Source: Promethearchaeota archaeon (GTDB lineage: Archaea; Asgardarchaeota; Lokiarchaeia; Sigyniarchaeales; SOKP01). Taken from it: a stretch of DNA of 49,024 bases. The position numbers and the translations under genes were made by a program. The stretch's first letter is position 1, and every line of letters starts with the position of its first letter. The notes beneath the pieces are model-generated. The model made no database searches, had not been told where the DNA came from, and worked only from the letters and a program-made list of their open reading frames with translations. Below are positions 1 through 9,366 of the stretch, in pieces. The stretch covers positions 1 to 49,024 of the forward strand of contig JALGVJ010000029.1 of the NCBI GenBank assembly GCA_029838195.1, in the 5' to 3' direction.

Positions 1-2
1 AA

Positions 3-74
3 TACAGGGAATTTGACGTGGATGTGAATAAGCATGTTCGACAAAAAGCAAAAAAAGGCGGGGGCGCAATTTAG
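3..74 (+). CDS. 3' end of a CDS entering from the left edge (...YREFDVDVNKHVRQKAKKGGGAI*), product unknown
   Basis: Longest open + frame from the window edge (the other two close at TGA within 30 nt); ends TAG at 72-74 with a T-rich tract downstream. Confidence 0.35.
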   Translation, partial: YREFDVDVNKHVRQKAKKGGGAI

Positions 75-189
75 TCGGAGGTGAGATTAATTTGCTACCT
101 CATATTTTTTTTTCTTTTCCATTTATTATAATGGTTCATTAAACTTATCATCTTATGGTTCTGAATAAAATTTTTGATTAGATTTCATC

Positions 190-369
190 TTAATGCGCCA
201 TATTGACATCGCTCAAGGCAAGATCCACACACCCAAAACAATCATCTTGATTGCGTTTGCGAATATATTCGGCCTTGTGATACACCTTTTCAATATTATA
301 TCATATTTTTGGGCAAGCAGAACATCAATATTTTTTATCATAAGAGCAAATACAAACTGCCTGTGGCAT
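190..369 (-). pseudogene. Small Cys-rich, ferredoxin-like ORF interrupted by two in-frame TGA codons (pseudogene, or possible Sec readthrough)
   Basis: Manual translation MPQAVCICSYDKKY*CSACPKI*YNIEKVYHKAEYIRKRNQDDCFGCVDLALSDVNMAH*; GGTGA 6 nt upstream of ATG; TGA at 325-327 and 301-303. Confidence 0.35.
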
Positions 370-528
370 CTCCATTCACCAGATTGTAACATGCAAGTAA
401 GCTTCACGTGCAAATTCTTCTAGCAATGTGGAGTTAATTATCGTGTCTTTAAAGGAACGTGCTCTTATTTCACGTATAAGAATAGAGAAATTAAAAAATA
501 AAAATATAAAAAAAATGAAAAAACTTGA

Positions 529-1260
529 TTATTCCTTAATAAATGCGTTTGCGATTTTTTCAGGTAATAAAAAGCCTAAATAATAAGAAAATGCACTTGC
601 AATTAAGATTATTCGAACTAAAATCAAGGTAAATACATCCATCATGACTCCAGCATCAAATATGGCACCAATCGTGAATAAGATGAACGCAATCAGTAAG
701 AATTTTCCTTTTAATCGAATTTTAGGATCTTCCGATTTAAGTGAGAGCCTTGTAAAAAGAGCACCTGTTACGAGAAATGTTAGAATAGCAAAAATAGAAA
801 AGATATATGGAATCATCGTATATTTGGAATTAAATGGTGAAATAATGATAATGATGCTTTCCGGATTAGTGAAAATTAAATAGATGAGAATGATTTCATA
901 GACGATGCAAACAATGAGATAAACCGACAAAAGATGTTTTCGGTATTGCGGATAACATAAAGTGGAAAAGGTGTACATCCAGCACATAATCGCAACCGGA
1001 ATAAACACGCTATCAATAATCCTCCCGAACGTATGAGGTACTTCCGTATCAAATAGGATTACTAAAGGAAAATTAATAGTAATGCGCCACCATCCACTTG
1101 TCATTAAAATCCAAGTGAGACTCGTTGTTACCAAGGCTTGATACTTGTATTTAAAATATTTCAAAAGAATAATGATGCCGATGATCAATGAAATAATGAC
1201 AAAAGTAAAGCTTAGGCTTCCATATAAGATTTCTGAAGAACTAAGTTGCTCTATAGCCAT
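529..1260 (-). CDS. Multi-pass (~7 TM) membrane protein, hypothetical
   Basis: 243 aa with about seven hydrophobic segments and no soluble domain. Confidence 0.8.
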   Translation of the reverse strand: MAIEQLSSSEILYGSLSFTFVIISLIIGIIILLKYFKYKYQALVTTSLTWILMTSGWWRITINFPLVILFDTEVPHTFGRIIDSVFIPVAIMCWMYTFSTLCYPQYRKHLLSVYLIVCIVYEIILIYLIFTNPESIIIIISPFNSKYTMIPYIFSIFAILTFLVTGALFTRLSLKSEDPKIRLKGKFLLIAFILFTIGAIFDAGVMMDVFTLILVRIILIASAFSYYLGFLLPEKIANAFIKE

Positions 1261-1707
1261 TATTAATTCACTTTTTTGGATAAAATAGTTTTTATGGAAA
1301 AAATTTTCATATATTTAGAAGAAAAAAAGAAATATTATTTAAATTTTAGTTATTAGAAAAAATCGCGCTTTTCATTAATGTTAAATTAAGAAAAATTTCA
1401 CAAATTTTGTTTTTTTTCGATTTTTTAGATGATCAAACAAGTTATTGAATAAAGTTTTAGATAAATTTTATTGAGAGGAGATTATAAAAATACAATATAT
1501 AACAATGGCTTACTTAAACCCTTTAATGATAAAAAATTTTAAATTATTAAACTTAAAACATGTTTTGGATCTTAAGAGAAACATTATAACTTTTATTTTT
1601 GTTAACTCATACTTTAGTACAACTTGATATACGCAAATCCTTAATATTAAGGTTTTACTTGGATTATTAAAAATTTAATACATGAATAAATTAAAAAGGG
1701 AAAAAAT

Positions 1708-1965
1708 ATGACAGAATATCGTTTTCGATTAACCGGCGTGCCTCCTGATCAAGCCATCAAAGTAATCGATTTGGATCCAGAGCAAAGCGTAGGAGATATC
1801 AAAAAGCGTGTCCAAAAGGAATATAAGCTAAACCCGATCCTTGCCACGCAGTTTATATTCAAGGGAAAAGTACTCCCTGACGATCTTAAGTTTTCAAAAG
1901 TCGGGATCCATCCTAAGAAGGACGTGATTACCGTAATGGCCACGCAAGCAGGAGGAAAAATGTAA
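1708..1965 (+). CDS. Ubiquitin-like (beta-grasp) protein with di-glycine motif and 2-residue C-terminal extension
   Basis: 85 aa; SVGDIKKRV helix, QFIFKGKVL (cf. ubiquitin RLIFAGKQL), ends QAGG-KM. Confidence 0.85.
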   Translation: MTEYRFRLTGVPPDQAIKVIDLDPEQSVGDIKKRVQKEYKLNPILATQFIFKGKVLPDDLKFSKVGIHPKKDVITVMATQAGGKM

Positions 1966-1993
1966 ATATTATTGCTTGAGTATAGAAACGTGA

Positions 1994-2017
1994 TTTTATT
2001 TTTACTTTTATTTTTTT
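1994..2017 (+). terminator. Oligo-T tract, likely archaeal terminator of the ubiquitin-like gene
   Basis: Several T runs about 30 nt after the stop codon. Confidence 0.4.
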
Positions 2018-2190
2018 AAGTTAACTTAATGCTAATTAATACGCTTCTTTCACTTATTTTTTTTTAAAAATAAAATTATAAATTAATAATCCCGAAACTC
2101 CCTTTTATAAAAATGAGATAAATGTAAGTAAGTTCAAAATAAAGCTAAAATATTAATCAAAATTAACTCGCTTCGCTCATCCCGTTAATT

Positions 2191-2376
2191 TTAAAACCTT
2201 AAGGGTTCAGGGCGGGGTCTCTGAGGGGCTGGACCACGCTCTGGAATGGGAGGTGGAACAAAAGGAATGGGTCTTTTGATCCAATGTTCTAAAGATGTAA
2301 GCCTTTTTTCAATATTTTCTATTTTTTCTTCCAACCTTTTTATTCTTTCTATTAAATTGGGATGTTCTACTGACAT
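2191..2376 (-). CDS. Small coiled-coil protein with proline-rich C-terminus
   Basis: 61 aa; heptad pattern LIERIKRLEEKIENIEKRLTSLE followed by RPIPFVPPPIPERGPAPQRPRPEP. Confidence 0.65.
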   Translation of the reverse strand: MSVEHPNLIERIKRLEEKIENIEKRLTSLEHWIKRPIPFVPPPIPERGPAPQRPRPEPLRF

Positions 2377-2686
2377 TTTTTTATTAAATTTAATTTTTAT
2401 GGGGATAAATTCTAAAATTATTATTTTAATTAAGTTTTCACTTAGATAGAAGGAGATTTAAGAATATAAATTTAATCATTACCGTATTTTTTCTAAAAAT
2501 TCGTATTAAACTTCAATAACTAATCTCGTGGGTTTGGGTTAAATAATTTATTTTTTAATAGAGAGGTTTAATAGGATAAGAAATCAATTTATACTAAATA
2601 TTAATAATAAGTATAAATAAATTTTAAAAGTACAAGTATGAAAACCTAGTACAAATATATAAAAATGCAGGATCATATTTTTAATA

Positions 2687-4078
2687 TTGATGTCAATTTG
2701 GAATGTGTCGGATAAAGTAAAAGAAAAAATATTAGATGCTGTTCAAAAATTAGAGGATAATGAAATCAAAATATTATTTCTTCTTAAAAATTTAGGCCCT
2801 CTAAGATTTACGGATTTAATAGAACATTCTGGCTTGAGCAGATCAACGGTTTCCAAATATTTAAAAATAAATATTAATAAGAATTGCGTGGAGAAAAACC
2901 TATTTTTTGATAAATCTGCTAATACTAAAGAGCAGAGATATTTTATAACGCAGATGGGGCTTGAGAGATTAAATGATTTATCTCCAGAAAGAGCAGGATT
3001 TGTATTATTTAATGAAGTAAATACCCGCATTTCTCAACTTTCCGAATTAATTGATTTCTACGAAAAAATAGGTATTGAGGATTCTATTATTCTTGAGATT
3101 CTTCAAATCGTCTTAAAGATAGGAGATAATTTCTTCTTGATGGAACAAAATAAAGATCTTTATTTGACTCTTTTCTATATTTTTTTAAATTCAGTTTCGA
3201 CTCCTGATTATAAATTAGAAATACATGAGTTTTGTCGGCTCTATAGCGTGAAAAAGGTAAGAATTGATTTTTATATTGATAAAATCATGTCCAATCAGCT
3301 CGGATTCTACATGTTCACGAGATACAATGAAGGAGAAGGAAGGCAATCATTCCAAGACATCTTTTTTTTTCATGAAGAGGATATCATTGGTACCACGACC
3401 TTACGATTAATCAAGGATAAATTGCTCTCCGAAATGCTTCACGTGAATTTGTCGGGTTATAAACCGTTTTATGACCTAGATGAAATTGCCGAAGAAATAG
3501 CAAGTAAATTAATTAAAATGGCCCTCATATGGGAAAGAATCAAGGAACCATTTGAAATGCTTATAGAGAAAATCTTCATTAAAACAGCGGTAGATGCGGG
3601 CTTCTCAAAACCTTTCTTGATGGATATGGTGATTCAGTCAGAAAAAATTTTAAAATCAAGAGAAGGGATGGAATCTCTGATTCGTATTATAGAAGGTTCG
3701 CAGCGATATGAAGATTTGAACATCGTTTCCATTTCTGAATCTCCACCAGCTTTTAAAGAGGATCTGTTAGAAAACATAAAAGGATTTTGTTATTTTTGCG
3801 GTAAGACCATTCTAAAAAACGAATTATCTAATACTTGTTCAAAATGTGGAAATGTTTTAGAGGTAAAAAAATTATTAAGAAGTCTTGACGATGCTTTTGA
3901 AGTTAGCAAGAAATTTAAAGAAAAAAAACTCCAAGAAGATCTATTAATTGAATGTCCTAATCCCAAATGTTCTTTCATGGTAAAGGTAAATTGGGAACGA
4001 TGTCCTGAGTGTAATGCTCTCATCAAGAAAAGCCCTACTCGAAAGGGGTTTTGGTCTTCTTCTAGGAAAAAAAAGTGA
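2687..4078 (+). CDS. Winged-HTH (MarR/ArsR-like) protein with C-terminal zinc ribbons
   Basis: LRFTDLIEHSGLSRSTVSKYL...YFITQMG wHTH; CYFC/CSKC and CPNPKC/CPEC pairs. Confidence 0.75.
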   Translation: MMSIWNVSDKVKEKILDAVQKLEDNEIKILFLLKNLGPLRFTDLIEHSGLSRSTVSKYLKININKNCVEKNLFFDKSANTKEQRYFITQMGLERLNDLSPERAGFVLFNEVNTRISQLSELIDFYEKIGIEDSIILEILQIVLKIGDNFFLMEQNKDLYLTLFYIFLNSVSTPDYKLEIHEFCRLYSVKKVRIDFYIDKIMSNQLGFYMFTRYNEGEGRQSFQDIFFFHEEDIIGTTTLRLIKDKLLSEMLHVNLSGYKPFYDLDEIAEEIASKLIKMALIWERIKEPFEMLIEKIFIKTAVDAGFSKPFLMDMVIQSEKILKSREGMESLIRIIEGSQRYEDLNIVSISESPPAFKEDLLENIKGFCYFCGKTILKNELSNTCSKCGNVLEVKKLLRSLDDAFEVSKKFKEKKLQEDLLIECPNPKCSFMVKVNWERCPECNALIKKSPTRKGFWSSSRKKK

Positions 4079-4287
4079 AATCCTCAGCCATGTGATTTAA
4101 TACTATATCCTCCTATTAAAAAAGGCCTTCTCTCAAAAGCAAGAAAACTTTTAATCTAAGAATTTTTTTATGAATAGATTTCATGATTCATTCAGTTGAG
4201 AGAAATAAAAATTATTAGCCTTCAAGGAAAATTCTAAAATAACATCTAAGTAAAAGGGGATTCGATTGAAAATTAAAACTTAGCTAA

Positions 4288-5505
4288 TTAAACAAGGTCA
4301 TGCTTTTTAGCTATTGAAATAAACACTTCAGTGAAATATTTTACTTGAGGCCAAGTAAGTCCATAGGTGTTGAATTTCATTTCTTTCGAGATTCCCGGGA
4401 GTAGGCCGATAATGCCTTTTTCTTTAAATTCTTCTCGAAGGAAAAAACCTTTCCGGGGATGGGTTTTCGCAACTTCATGAAATCCTAAGGTCTCCACGTT
4501 TGTTAATGGATGGATTTTTGGTAACTTTCCTAATACCTTTGTTTCCTTAATATTTTTAATGTTTTCGATGACATAATTCGCTTTTTTTGCCTCTTCTTTA
4601 GCAATTTCTTCTTGAGCTCGCTTAACTACACGAGGAAAACTCGCCATTAACGTAATGAGAGGGGCTCCATAAACCGGAGGACATCCTAAAAATGAACAGA
4701 TCTTATTCGGAAAAGAACGAGATGTGAGATTTCCTTGAATGGTAGAATGACGCATGATATCATCCTGATATTTCTCATTAAATCCTAATATACCAATGGG
4801 TCCTGAGGCGGCCATCGATTTATGCCCACTACAAGAAATAAAATCAATAAAATTTTTTTTGCAATCAATGGGTAAAATTCCTCCGGAATAAGCAGCATTT
4901 AAAAGGAATGGAATGCCGTATTCTTGGCAGAGTTCTCCTATGGGTTTTGGATCATTGTAATTTCCATACTTATAATCAACGTGAGTGAGAAGTATTAATA
5001 AGGGAAGTTCTCCTTTTTCGGATTTTACTTCTTTTATAACTTTTTCATATCCTTCTAGATAAATAGAAAATTCAGGATAACCGGAATTCGGGACTTCTTT
5101 TACTTTTAAATGATTTGCTTCTATTGCAAGATAAGTGCTATAATGAGCTAAACTATCGATGATCACGATTTTTCTTTTTGGATATTTTTTAGAAAGAACG
5201 TCCATTACCAAGCGTTTTGATTCCCGAGCGGCAGCCGTGACCATTGCATTATCGATATTTAAAAATCTTGCTAAATCCTTGAGGAAATCTACTACGGGCG
5301 GATTCTCTATTTGATCAATGCGTCCTTTTAAACAATTATCGCAAACACTATATCCATCCCCAAAATCTATTAACGCCTTTAGGGCTTCTGGCGTGAGCAT
5401 TCCTCCTCTTTGGAGGGGATGAATGTTTATGAATTCTTCGTTTACTGTTCTCGTCAAATTTGCATATTTTTGGACTAATTCTTTCGAATATTTCAATAGG
5501 CCCAT
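4288..5505 (-). CDS. pscS: O-phosphoseryl-tRNA:Cys-tRNA synthase (SepCysS)
   Basis: INIHPLQRGGMLTPEA, DGYSVCDNC, PLP lysine motif SGHKSMAASGP, LGC. Confidence 0.93.
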   Translation of the reverse strand: MGLLKYSKELVQKYANLTRTVNEEFINIHPLQRGGMLTPEALKALIDFGDGYSVCDNCLKGRIDQIENPPVVDFLKDLARFLNIDNAMVTAAARESKRLVMDVLSKKYPKRKIVIIDSLAHYSTYLAIEANHLKVKEVPNSGYPEFSIYLEGYEKVIKEVKSEKGELPLLILLTHVDYKYGNYNDPKPIGELCQEYGIPFLLNAAYSGGILPIDCKKNFIDFISCSGHKSMAASGPIGILGFNEKYQDDIMRHSTIQGNLTSRSFPNKICSFLGCPPVYGAPLITLMASFPRVVKRAQEEIAKEEAKKANYVIENIKNIKETKVLGKLPKIHPLTNVETLGFHEVAKTHPRKGFFLREEFKEKGIIGLLPGISKEMKFNTYGLTWPQVKYFTEVFISIAKKHDLV

Positions 5506-5719
5506 GATTTATTTATCATATTTACCTCTTTAATAAACATTTAAATTCTTTTAAAATTAAAAGGCTTTTCATGAAATTGACGATGGTAAAAAGGAAATTT
5601 TTAAGAAAAAGGGAAAAGCTCTTGATTCATAAAGGAGGAATTTTTTACCAAATAAATAAATTATAATAGAATAATTTTCTCTTAATATTTAAGTAAATAA
5701 CTCACCAGTTTTAATAAAA

Positions 5720-7399
5720 ATGGAAGCAGAACTTAATTTCTTATATAAAGAAGAATTTTGGTACGTGAGTTCTTTTCTAAACGGTGATCTATTAAATGGA
5801 GATTCAGAAGCAAAAGCTATCGAGAATGTAGTAAAGACCAAACTTTCTAATTTAACTAATGACGATATCTTTCGAAAAGACCTCAAGACGGATTTACTAG
5901 AAATGGTACATGATTTATCGTTGAAATGTTCTTGGGTTCCATATTTAGAGAATTTTCCCTATAAAGACGAAAACTCGGATAGAGAATTTAATATCTTGGG
6001 AATCTTTCAATTTGAAGTAGAATATTTTAAGAACAATCCTTCCAAGAAGAAAAACTTGACGCCCCTCTTAATTCAACAAGTGCCCTATATCGTCTTAAAT
6101 ACTTTAAAGGAATATAACTCTAAACCAGAAAAAAGGGGTTTATTCTTAGATGTAGAAAGTCCCATTTACGTTTTCGTGATCTCCAATAAAACTCTTCCGT
6201 ATTATGTTGAATGGAGTCAAGAAAACATTGAACGCTATAAAAAAAAAATTGGATATTGGGTAGAAATTTATTCCGGTCAATGGGAAGATTATTCAGATAA
6301 ACTTCATGAAAGAAGAATTCAAAATAATCTCTCTAATAGGTTATCTGAATTACATTTCATTCGAAGAAACTCCGGTTTCATATTCATGGCTGAGGAAAAT
6401 TATAAAAAATTCTTCGATTCTTACATGAGAACATATGTTTTGGATCCCACGCCCAAAATGAGAACGGTGTTATTTGCCCTACGCTCGATTAATGAATCAT
6501 TAGATTTATTATTCTTTAATACCCTTTCCGAAGAATATATTAATTTAAAAGACATTGAACGGAAAATGAGTAATTTAAAATATTTAAGAGGCGTTATTCA
6601 GACTAAATTAAGTTTAATCTATAACGAATTAGATTACAATCGAAGGCAGCATTATACAACCGTGCTCACCCATCTTCTTAAATTATATAATCTAAATGAT
6701 GCTATTAAACGGATAAATGAAAAATTTGAATTGATTTTTAATTCAATGCAAGATCTTTATCGAAAAAAAAGTGAACAACTACAAGCACGCACGGAACGAG
6801 GGCTAAACTTATTAAATCTGTTGTTTGGTGCCGGCATTTTAGCAGATTTGGCAGGTGTCATCATGATCGCGCTTCAATTAAAAGAAAATGATTCTCTAAC
6901 TATTTTTTTAAATGGTGGAATTGCTCTATTTATTATTGGTATTTTACTCTTAACTATAGGATATTACATCTATCTGAAGATTGGAATGCGTGAATCAAGC
7001 ATCGGAAGAACCGTTGATGCCGTCATTCAAGATGAAAGTGGAAATATCATATTAATAAAAAGAGCTTTTCCTCCTTTTAAAAATTACTATGCCCTTCCTG
7101 GTGGCTTTGTTAAGAAAGGAGAAAGCAAGAAACAAGCATTAATTAGAGAAGTAAAGGAAGAGACTGGATTAAATGTAAAGATCGTAAAAAAAATTGGTAC
7201 GTTTAAGGAAAAAGGAAGAGACCAGCGAGGTGACATTTATAGTACGGCATTTAAATGCATGATAACTTCTGATGCTGATGTGATTAAAGTAAGAGGGGAA
7301 ACTCTCGAAGTTGCACGCGTGCCCGTAGATCAATTAAAAAACATTGATTTAGCATTTGACCATAAAAAAATTCTTAAAACAGCAGGACTCATAGATTAA
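5720..7399 (+). CDS. CorA/RMD1-like soluble domain + 2 TM helices + C-terminal Nudix hydrolase (ADP-ribose pyrophosphatase-like)
   Basis: Long helix leading into two TMs (LLNLLFGAGILADLAGVIMIAL; IFLNGGIALFIIGILLLTIGYYIYL); Nudix box GGFVKKGESKKQALIREVKEETGL; RDQRG (RDPR-like). Nudix is firm, the N-terminal fold is inferred. Confidence 0.75.
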   Translation: MEAELNFLYKEEFWYVSSFLNGDLLNGDSEAKAIENVVKTKLSNLTNDDIFRKDLKTDLLEMVHDLSLKCSWVPYLENFPYKDENSDREFNILGIFQFEVEYFKNNPSKKKNLTPLLIQQVPYIVLNTLKEYNSKPEKRGLFLDVESPIYVFVISNKTLPYYVEWSQENIERYKKKIGYWVEIYSGQWEDYSDKLHERRIQNNLSNRLSELHFIRRNSGFIFMAEENYKKFFDSYMRTYVLDPTPKMRTVLFALRSINESLDLLFFNTLSEEYINLKDIERKMSNLKYLRGVIQTKLSLIYNELDYNRRQHYTTVLTHLLKLYNLNDAIKRINEKFELIFNSMQDLYRKKSEQLQARTERGLNLLNLLFGAGILADLAGVIMIALQLKENDSLTIFLNGGIALFIIGILLLTIGYYIYLKIGMRESSIGRTVDAVIQDESGNIILIKRAFPPFKNYYALPGGFVKKGESKKQALIREVKEETGLNVKIVKKIGTFKEKGRDQRGDIYSTAFKCMITSDADVIKVRGETLEVARVPVDQLKNIDLAFDHKKILKTAGLID

Positions 7400-7504
7400 A
7401 AATTTCCTTTTCTTATTTTTTAATCCATTTTGGAACTCAAACATAAGGTTATTATTTTTTTTTTAATTTTCAATGGTATCTTAATTTAAAAAAGGAGAAA
7501 ATAA

Positions 7505-8041
7505 ATGGCAATAATCATTCCAAGCCCTTGGACGGGAATTGAACCAAAAATTCATGAATCTGTGTTCATTGCTCCCAATGCTGTTATAATTGGAGATGTT
7601 ACGATTGGTGAGCGTTCAAATATTTGGTTTGGAGCAGTACTTCGGGGAGACTGGGGCACTATCAAGATAGGAAAGAGAACTTCCATTCAAGAGCAAGTAA
7701 CCATTCATGTTGAAGCACAGAGCAATGTTTCTATCGGTGATGACTGTATTATTGGCCACCACGCCATGATTCATGGACCTTGCGAGATTTCTAACGGATG
7801 TTTAATTGGAATCGGTTCAAATGTACTCCATAACTCCAAAATTGGAGAAGGAAGCTTGGTCGGCGCAGGAGCCGTCGTGGTGAATAAAGAAATACCAAAA
7901 AGATCAATGGTAGTGGGAGTTCCGGCTGAAATCAAGAAACAATTGCCTGATAAGGGACCGCTTGTAGGCGTGAAAACATCCGAAGGATATGCTAAAAATG
8001 GAGAATTATTCAAGGAATATTTTTCTAAAAATCCTATCTGA
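7505..8041 (+). CDS. Gamma-carbonic anhydrase family (hexapeptide repeat, YrdA/PaaY-like)
   Basis: IGDVTIG, IWFGAVLRGD, His ligands in VTIH and IGHHAMIHG. Confidence 0.9.
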   Translation: MAIIIPSPWTGIEPKIHESVFIAPNAVIIGDVTIGERSNIWFGAVLRGDWGTIKIGKRTSIQEQVTIHVEAQSNVSIGDDCIIGHHAMIHGPCEISNGCLIGIGSNVLHNSKIGEGSLVGAGAVVVNKEIPKRSMVVGVPAEIKKQLPDKGPLVGVKTSEGYAKNGELFKEYFSKNPI

Positions 8042-8063
8042 TTTCTTTTTTTTTAATAAAGTT

Positions 8064-8813
8064 CTATTGCGAGCAAATGCATTTCTCGCTTTTAATTACA
8101 TCAATGATGTTAAATGAAAATTCTAATAAATTCACCATTAACAATTTGTTTTCTAAGTTCGGCAAACCTAAAGCCGTTTTTATCACCTCTAAAGCTTCAA
8201 GAGTGCCTAAAATCCCGGGAGTAACTCCTATAACGGGTAAAGGCCCTTCTGATTTGTGATCTTGGGGAGGTTCACTAAAAATACATTGATAACACGCACT
8301 TTTTCTCGGATTAATCGTTAAGATTTGACCATAAAAATCTTTTATACCCGCAATAACACATTTTATCCCATGGTTGACTGCAACTCGATTAACTAAAAAC
8401 TTAGTCTCTAAATTATCACTGCAATCGACAATGAAATCTTGATTGTCTATATATTTTTCAATGGAATTCTCATCCACGAAATCTTTATGGGCATGAACCG
8501 TAATGCTCGAATTTTTTCTTTCTAACACCCTCTTAGCAACTTTTACTTTCTCTTCTCCAATATCCGCTTCATCATAAAGAATCTGCCGCTGTAAATTTGA
8601 AAGAGACACTACATCATTATCTATGATGGTTAATTCCTTAATTCCGGCCGCAGTCATGTATAAAGCAAAAGGAGATCCCAAGCCTCCCACGCCAATCTGT
8701 AAAATGCGTAAATTACTAAGAATTTCTTGCCCCTTTTCTCCAATAGATGGTGAAATAATTTGCCGAGAATACCTCTCGTAATCAACATTTTTATTTTGGA
8801 ACGTAATATTCAT
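8064..8813 (-). CDS. ThiF/MoeB/HesA family E1-like adenylyltransferase
   Basis: RYSRQI, GVGGLG, DNDVVSLSNLQRQIL, DCSDN, CYQC and CIC zinc ligands. Confidence 0.9.
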   Translation of the reverse strand: MNITFQNKNVDYERYSRQIISPSIGEKGQEILSNLRILQIGVGGLGSPFALYMTAAGIKELTIIDNDVVSLSNLQRQILYDEADIGEEKVKVAKRVLERKNSSITVHAHKDFVDENSIEKYIDNQDFIVDCSDNLETKFLVNRVAVNHGIKCVIAGIKDFYGQILTINPRKSACYQCIFSEPPQDHKSEGPLPVIGVTPGILGTLEALEVIKTALGLPNLENKLLMVNLLEFSFNIIDVIKSEKCICSQ

Positions 8814-9218
8814 TCACCTAGATAAAATGTTCTTGAGCTTTTTTATTAAAATTTCCATTTCTATTAAAATTAAACCAAAATCGACATTCTCGATTCTAAG
8901 GAGAACCGCTAAATAATAATTCTTATTAATTTCAAATACAATTACTTGAACATTCTCAAATTGAATCGTTACATGAAATAATTGATCGTTCTTTAACCAA
9001 GGAAGAAATATAGCTTCAAATGCTTTAACAATATTCATGAGTTTAATTCCAAACATCTTAATATCATCAATATCTCCCTTTAACCGCGAGCTTAGCACGT
9101 GCCCCTCCCGATTAATTATTGCCGTGCCGTATAGTTCATGATTAATTTCAAGTTTCTTTAATTCATTATTTATTTCTTCTAATTCTATAGAATTAATTAT
9201 CGTCATGGTAATGTGCAA
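8814..9218 (-). CDS. Roadblock/LC7 domain protein
   Basis: GTAIINREGHVLSSRL, VTIQFENVQVIVFEI, DFGLILIEM pattern; stop codon abuts the ThiF start. Confidence 0.75.
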   Translation of the reverse strand: MHITMTIINSIELEEINNELKKLEINHELYGTAIINREGHVLSSRLKGDIDDIKMFGIKLMNIVKAFEAIFLPWLKNDQLFHVTIQFENVQVIVFEINKNYYLAVLLRIENVDFGLILIEMEILIKKLKNILSR

Positions 9219-9366
9219 GTTAAGGTTTTATATTATGTTTCTGGGTTATAAAACACCAAACTTTTTAAAATCATGAATTCTAATGGAGGAAAACAATGAA
9301 GTATTCTACCATTAATAACTTACCATTACAAAAAAAGAATACGAAATAACAAATCTAATAGGAGAG

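Noticed and set aside
130-189. Possible SECIS (ATGA...AAAA...TGA on the minus strand) after the TGA-containing ORF
   Set aside because: Stem pairing is poor and out of register with the GA quartet; expected by chance in AT-rich DNA
193-423. ORF-track calls 193..423(+) and 213..413(-)
   Set aside because: No recognisable motifs; a third, SD-led Cys-rich frame explains the region better
2161-2190. Hairpin AATTAAC-TCGCTTCGCTCATCCC-GTTAATT after the proline-rich ORF
   Set aside because: Only 7 AT-rich base pairs and a single copy; cannot be called a REP, MITE or terminator
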